The notes beneath the pieces are model-generated. The model worked only from the letters and a program-made list of their open reading frames with translations. It did no database searches and was not told the origin of the DNA. This document shows, one piece after another, positions 57,115-64,000 of a stretch of DNA of 64,000 nt (positions within the stretch are counted from its first letter, which is position 1; each line of letters opens with the position of its first letter). The stretch is from Curvularia clavata. Lineage: Eukaryota. The translations under genes and the position numbers were made by a program. The stretch spans positions 1,364,001 through 1,428,000 of the forward strand of contig CP089280.1 of the NCBI GenBank assembly GCA_023920165.1. The letters are read 5' to 3'.

Positions 57115-59727
57115 ATGGGTCGAGGAGGAGGTCGCGTAAGTTTCCAAATCATGCGCCACACGAAACCCTTCCATAACTTTACCTAGGGCGGCGGTCGCAA
57201 ACCATTTCGCGGCAAGAACAAAGGTGGACGCGGTGGTGGTGGTGGAGGACGAGACACTCGCACTGAGCCATGGTCCACTATCGAACGCAAGAATGAGCTC
57301 TTCGAGAGCTACTACCGCATGGGAGGATTCCTGGACGAGGCAGAGTTTGAGGAAATGTGGAAGGCTCTTCAAGCCGACCTGCCCAACAGTTTCCGCTTCA
57401 CTGGTACCAAGTCTGATGCTCTCGCCGTGCGTGAGATCTTCAAGCAGCGATACGTTCCCGCGATTGCCTCCAAGCATTTCGAGGGCAAGCCAGTCGAGCC
57501 TCCCGAACCAGTACAGGCCTTCCCCGACGAGCTCGTGTGGCACATGAAGACGCATAAGAAGATTATCCGACGACATGCGCCTTTCGCCGATTTCCAAAAG
57601 TTCCTCGTTGCCGAAGCTGCGTCAGGAAATATTAGCAGGCAGGAGGTTGTCAGTATGATCCCGCCGCACTTCCTCGATGTGAAGCCGGGCATGGTGGTGC
57701 TCGACATGTGCGCAGCACCGGGCAGCAAGTCGGCGCAGCTAGCTGAGATGATTCACGGTGACGAAGAGGAGCGGGTGCAGCGAGTAGCAAATGGCGATGC
57801 TGTCGACCTGAGCGCAGATGGCGACTACAGCGATGACGGACGCTCGACAGGCCTACTCATTGCTAACGACTCTGACTATAAGCGTGCCGGCATGTTGGTC
57901 CACCAGGTTAAGCGACTCAACTTCCCTAACCTCATTGTGACGCAGCACGACGCATCCATATTCCCCTCGATCGAGCTACCCAGCCAGGGCGGCAAGAAGC
58001 AGTACCTGAAATACGACAGGATTTTGGCTGATGTGCCCTGCTCCGGTGACGGCACAGCCCGCAAGAACCCAAATGTGTGGCAGAAATGGACACCCAAGGA
58101 TGGTCTCGGTCTGCACGGCCTTCAGCTGCGCATCTTGTTCCGAGGTCTGCAAATGTTGAAGAAGGGCGGTCGTATGGTATACTCTACCTGCAGTATGAAC
58201 CCTGTGGAAAACGAGGCTGTCGTTGCAGCAGCCATCGAGGCCTGTGGTGGTAACTCCAAGGTCCGACTCGTAGACTGCTCAGATCACCTACCAAACCTCA
58301 AGCGCAAGCCTGGCCTCAATGCCTGGAAGGTCCTGGACACGTCGTCTGTCACTGCCGGAGGAGAGAAGACTGCTCATCTGTTCACCAATTGGGAGGCGTA
58401 CCAAAAGGCTAGGGCAAAGTATGAGGTCGAGGAGCCTGAACGCCAGTTCTCAACCAAGGTTACCCCCAGCTGCTTCCCGCCCATTGCCAAGTCCGAGGAG
58501 GAGCGCATTCCTCTTGAGCACTGCATACGTGTCTACCCACACTTGCAGGATACTGGTGGTTTCTTCATCGCTATTCTTGAGAAGTTGGACGATATCAAGA
58601 TTGCGCAGATACAGAACCCAGAAAACCCTTCAAAGGCACAGAAGACTCAGGCCGAGACGACCACCGAGTCTTCCGTCCCAACACCAGCTGAGAACGTCAT
58701 TGAAGCAGACGCTACCAAGACAGACACTCCAGACGATGCTTCTGATGTTTCAGCCCCTCTCAAGCGAAAGCTGGAAGAGTCTGAAGAGATTGAAGCTCAA
58801 AAGAAGGCCAAGACCGATGATGCGGCTGCCGAGGCCACGGAGAATGAAGCTGCTACAAATGGCTCCAATGCTCAATCTGCGGTTTCCAAAGAGGCTCGTC
58901 TCAAGCCTGAGAACCAGAACCAGGCCAAGGAGTATTTCGAGTACCTCTCTCCCGATGACGCAACCATCGCTTCCATCATGGATTTCTTTGGTATCGACAG
59001 CCGCTTCCCGCGTGATCGTTTCATGGTCAAGAACAAAGAGGGACTGTCCCTTAACAAGATCTACTACACTTCTGCTTTTGCAAAGACCATCATCTCGCAG
59101 AACAAGGACCGCGGCATGAAATTCATCCACTGTGGTGTGGTCATGTTTGTCTCGCACAAGGTCAAAGACCTGGACCGTACCCAAGCACCATGGCGGCTGC
59201 AAAACGAGGGCATCCGTATCCTGGAGCCATGGGCAAAGAAGCGCATAGTCAAGCTAGAGAAGAAGGAAACGCTCCACCAGTTGATCAGGGAGATGTTCCC
59301 TAAGTTGCCGAAAGAAGGCGACACTGGTCTCGGCGAGGTTGGCGAGCAGCTCCAGAAGATGGATGTGGGCTGCTGCTTCGTCCGAATTGAGAAAGACGAG
59401 GAGCAGGGCATTCCGTTCCGTATGGTGCTTCCTCTTTGGAGACACCCGGGCAGCGCCAACCTGATGGTTGACAAGGACGACCGCAAAGCGATGTTGTTGA
59501 GGATCTTCAATGAGAAGGACACCGAGATCATCAACCATGTCGCAGAAAAGGCGAAGGCAGAGCAACAGGCTAAGGAGGCGGGGGAGAACGATACCAAGGC
59601 TGATGAAGAGGGCGACGCCAGCGATGGTGAACAAGCCACTGAGGCTATGGTGGCTGAGGAAGAGGAAGGCGGTGTGAATGTTGATTTGGCAGACGGCGAG
59701 GACGTAAAGATGGGTGAAGATGCTTAG
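57115..59727 (+). CDS. NCL1: tRNA (cytosine-5) methyltransferase
   Basis: RGG-rich N-terminus, intron 57136-57186, SRQEVVSMIPP, DMCAAPGSKS, DVPCSGDG, YSTCSMNPVENE. Confidence 0.95.
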
Positions 59728-60495
59728 ACGACATTGTTTATCCATTTTTAACGTCAATCTCAGCTATTTACATGATTCACGAGTCAAAATGGGTTGAATC
59801 TGCATCGGGGTTGGCGTTCTGTTTTTCCATCTATCCACACAGTGTAGCTTTTTAGGGTATACTTCACAGGACGAATGACATTATCAAGTCATGAATTGCT
59901 TTAGTTTCTTAGGAAAGTACCGTGACAGTGATGATTTTATGCAGGTGTCATAGAATATATGGTGGCATGAAGTGTAAACTTGAAAGCTATTGGCGCTTTT
60001 GAGCTACTCAAGCGCCGTAGCATGCCTCTGGCAAATAGCTTCTCACGAACAAGAACAAACTATCACACAAATTCGCCGCGCGCATCAGATACATTCGCTG
60101 ATCACTTCACCAAATCAACCTTGTTAGACTTGTTCTATGCACATTGTCCGTGCTCATAGGTGATGGATCAGCAGATAATACAAGCGTCGTTCAGCAATGA
60201 GATGATTGACTTATTGAGTGTGAGAAGATGAGCATTTCTTGAAAGATTTGAGTTTGGCTAAGTGATTTCGAAAATGTGGGTTGGAAGTGGAAACTAATAA
60301 ACACGTACGTCATATAAACGTGTACAAACCCTCCTTACGGCCACTATCTCAGACCCGAACCTTTTACAAAATTGCTTTTGCCGTCTAATATTACTTATAG
60401 AGCCAACAAGACTACAAGTCTAGGATACCACCGTACCAAAAGTTATACAGTACATTATCCATATCATCCCTACAGTCCAATTCAGTCGCTCTCTA

Positions 60496-61545
60496 TCAAA
60501 GCTTGGGGAAAAACATTGGCGTCTCCCTCTTCCACTTCTGATAGTCTTTCCGATCCCCATACTTCTTATCATACTTATTCTCACTCAACGGCACTCCGCT
60601 AATCTTCAACAGCAAAAAGCTCACAAAAGCCGGGCTAGCCGCACACATGCCCGCAACCAGCATCTGCCCTGCAACCCCACCACTCAAGCCCAATGCCGCC
60701 TGTGCAGGCTGTCGAATGAGCAGACCAGCCGCCGCAATAGCGATACCTGACCAGAGCGTCGCCTCGCCAAAGTAATTCGGGTGCCGAGATTTCGACCACA
60801 GACCGTGGGTGAGAAACTCTTCAGAATGCTTCTTTTGCTTTTTCGCCTGTACCCAAGCATCCTTTTGGCGATCGGCAATGACTTCGAAGCCGAAGCCAAA
60901 AGCGAAGATGGCAAGACCGAGGATGTCCGTAAGGTAGGGTTTAGCGGAAATGGCTTGCCCAAGTAGGGAGGTAGCGTAAGCAGACCGTGGCACTGCGTTT
61001 ACGAGGATAACTGGTAGAGTGCAGAGCGAGACCCATGTCGCTTGGGCGAAGAAAGCGACGAAGAACTTTGAAGGTGAGGTGCGTATTTCGTCGAAACGCG
61101 AGTCTTTGCCTTCGTCGCTGGAAATGCGTCTGAAGAGGTACGATCCCACTGTGATCCATTGTTAGCCACGTGACCTTGTATCTCGATGCACCCCAAGGGC
61201 ATTCTTACATCTTGTAGCCCAGATTCCCACTGCAGCACTCAGAAGCGCCTGCCTCCACCACCACGTTCCTTGCCCGAGGCCTTGGCTGCTGAAATACTCT
61301 GCTATACCACCAGTAACGGCTCCTGCAGCCTTAGCTCTCAGATACGGCATCGCCAGACTCAAGGCCGTGCAGGAGAGGTATGTAAGACTCCCGCTGAGAT
61401 CATAGTAGCGTTCTGTTTGCGCTGCGATGGAGGGAACGGCAACGGCGGCTTGGATACCGTATGCGAGCGCAACAGAAGGCACAAGTGTGCGCAGTAACGG
61501 ATTCTTAAAGGCCGTGGCCCGTAGGAGCGTCTGTAAAAGCGTCAT
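60496..61545 (-). CDS. DUF1295 / steroid 5-alpha-reductase-like membrane protein
   Basis: YYDLSGSLT, DSRFDEIR, FEVIADRQK, GLWSKSRHPNYFGE, SGVPLSE. One intron at about 61208-61149. Confidence 0.9.
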
Positions 61546-62164
61546 GTTGGAGATGGACCGGGATGCTTCGCGGGCCTGCGCAAAAGGTTCAGGTATAAGA
61601 CACGAAGATGTTGGGTGGCTTCGTTGCTTCCTTTATGCACTTGGGTCGCCTGAAATCCTATGTTGTGACACAGCATATCCAAGAAACATTATTGTTGCCA
61701 TGAAACTGACCGCGCATACAGTTCGGTGCGATCCATTCGATCTAGTACCAATCTAGACTCGAAGTCGCGATCGATATCGTCATGGCTCGCTTGCAACTAA
61801 CCCAGACAGGGGTCGAGTCCCAGCCTTCTGGACACATGAGGCTTCTAGTCTGCGAGAGCCGGAGCGTCCGGAGCCCGACGGGCTTACTCTGTAACATAAC
61901 CATCCGTCCTCGGTGGATATGGCATAGATATTGAGGTGTGTTTCCACTTATTAGGCATTGTAGGTTTCACAGGAACGGAAGGTAAATTTCAAAGACATGT
62001 GCTATGCTGGCTGAGCTCATTGAACACCATGCAAGCCATGCAGTACCCAGGTCTTGTCATAATGCATTTAAATCCTCAAATATACACATCTTGAACAACG
62101 GCAAACCAATCCAACATCACAACCCCAGCGCTCGGAAATGCCGACTCCCGCTTTTCCGAAGACA

Positions 62165-64000
62165 CTATCTCTTGAACGCTGCGTCGATCTCCTTGCTGCC
62201 CCAATCAATCTCCACCTCTCCGCCATATACATCCTGATTAATCGTGACCATGCGCTCCGACACATTCATGTATGTCTTCTCGCACTCTTTGAGTACCTTG
62301 AACACGAGATCGCGACTGATGGATGGGTCGTCTGCGTCGCCGAAATGCTTGTCGACTCGCTTCTTCAGGGACTCGATGCCCTTGCGCAGCTCTTTAGCAT
62401 CGTGCGAGTGCACCAGCTTCTTGAACACGGAGCGAGAGTGGGAGGAGCGTTGCGAAATAGCCTGGGCGCTGGCGCCAGGTTGGCCAAGAAGTGTTTCAGT
62501 AGACTCAATAAATTCCTGGCTGATGTCAGAGGTCTGTTAAAACCGACCGTCATTGATGTGCTTACCAAAAGTTTGCCCAGTGGCCGCCGAATAACGGCAT
62601 CAACGTAGAGGCCCATGTGCTCGCTGTACTCGTCCTGAGCCTTGCCCTTCCAGTACTCGAGGACTGAGACAGCACGACCATCAACTTCCTCCATGTAGTG
62701 GTTCATGTTTTCGATAAGCAGAATGTGGTAGTTCAGCGCCTCCTTGTCTTCAGGATCACCCTGCCCTTGTGATGCCATGACGGTAGGAGACTCCTTTGCA
62801 ATGACCTTCAAACTCTCAAACATAGCCTTGTTGAGTCTCTGGTATCCATCGTTGACCATGCGGCGGATCTCCAATTGATCGCCACCTTCAGCTGAAGAAG
62901 GCAGCATATTTTCGATAGCAACCGCAAAGTGAGGGAAGGTCTTCATGAAGGATATGACGCCCTTGCGCTTCTTGATCTTGACCTTTGTATCCTCGATCGC
63001 GCGTATTTGCTCGTCCAAAAACCGGCTAAAGAGTCCCTGGAGACGCTCGTGTATCTTTTGCAAGTTCCTAGTCAAGAAGTCCTGGTTCGTTTCCTCGATA
63101 TCGAGCAACTTGCGATCTACAGCACAAAGAATGCCTACACCTTGTCTGTGAAAAGTTAGTTACCATCACAGTTAACTCTAGAACAGGACTCACAAAGGAT
63201 CTGCCTTTGTAGCCCAATCAACAAGGCTGGCAATCTCTGCTGGCCAAAACGAGAAGATCTCCTCCATGACCCCAGTCACATGCTTTGCCATGACTCTGTC
63301 TGGCTCAAATTGTTTCCTGATCCACAGATTAGGACCTCGGCGATTTTCCGGAGGCGCTGCCTGTACTGCATCAGGGAAGTCCAGCGAGTCTGTTGATGTA
63401 GCATGGAAGAACTCTGTGATGAAGTTTTGCTCGGTCAGCAGCACAGGGCCTGTATCGTCCAAGACCCTGCTGAAAACGTCATAGGGATGCAGCTTGCCAT
63501 CCTGAGCGGCTGGCTTTGCTTTGCCCTCTTTGCCCTCTTTCCCTTCTTTATCTCCAGAAGCTGCTCTCAGGCCACGTGCCAAAGTTTGGCTTCGTTTGAC
63601 AGTTAGCTTGCGTGCGGTACCTGTGATGCTCTCTGGCTCTTTCTCTTGTGTAGTGAAGAGTAACTCTTGTTCCTCCCCACTAGGTTTCCGAGCAAACTTC
63701 CGCCATGCTAGGATGTTATCGCGAACCTCCTGTTGATACAATTGCGCTGCTTGGTTCTGATACATTCGAAGGAGCATATCCCAAGAAGCCCTGTCAATCT
63801 CCTTGGCAAAGAGCATCACTGGACTCAGCATCCACAGCTCACTTCGACCAGCATCATGTGCTTCAATGTTCTTCTTCAAAGACGGCATGGAACCCTGATC
63901 AAGGTTGGAAAGCGCGTCTTTTGTTGATAAGAAAGCTGCACCAAAGGTGATTTCCATATGCTTCTTGAGTCGCTCAAGAAACATGGTTCCCTCACCGAGA
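62165..64000 (-). CDS. SEC3: Exocyst component Sec3, C-terminal part (5' end outside the window)
   Basis: IRAIEDTKVKIKKRKGVISFMK, EDKEALNYHILLIENMNHY, VIRRPLGKL, LKKRVDKHFG. Introns at about 63193-63147 and 62565-62517. Confidence 0.92.

Noticed and set aside
63521..63547. 9-bp repeats encoding KEGKEGKEG in SEC3
   Set aside because: Ordinary slippage in a low-complexity loop.
1..64000. CRISPR arrays, rRNA, intact tRNA genes, intact transposons or a secondary-metabolite cluster
   Set aside because: None recognised. There is no backbone synthase, transposase or reverse transcriptase ORF in the window.

Overview
Gene-dense eukaryotic DNA from a filamentous ascomycete. Short GT-AG introns with CTAAC/CTGAC branch sites and the protein styles suggest a Dothideomycete/Pleosporales-type fungus (inference). 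There are about 20 protein genes, mostly housekeeping: mitochondrial RRF, a DUF3176 protein, two MFS transporters, an S10 carboxypeptidase, AHA1, MTG2/Obg, an SDR, a Ser/Thr-rich membrane protein, an FTS/AKTIP-like UEV protein, the UaY/Ppr1-type Zn2Cys6 factor, RPL7, NCL1/TRM4, a DUF1295 protein and SEC3. The most interesting signals are absent from the ORF track. (1) A strong candidate telomerase RNA at about 38.3-40.4 kb, with a CTAACCCTA template, template-boundary helix, H-type pseudoknot and core-enclosing helix in the expected order. (2) A U6 snRNA gene with TATA, A box and a downstream B box. (3) A box C/D snoRNA in the AHA1 5'-UTR intron with an 18S rRNA guide. (4) An accessory-looking block at about 8.3-15.7 kb, containing a duplicated chromodomain relic, an intronless and highly divergent UPF1-like SF1 helicase, and a possibly decayed ORF. 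All calls come from reading the sequence by eye; no searches or folding programs were run.
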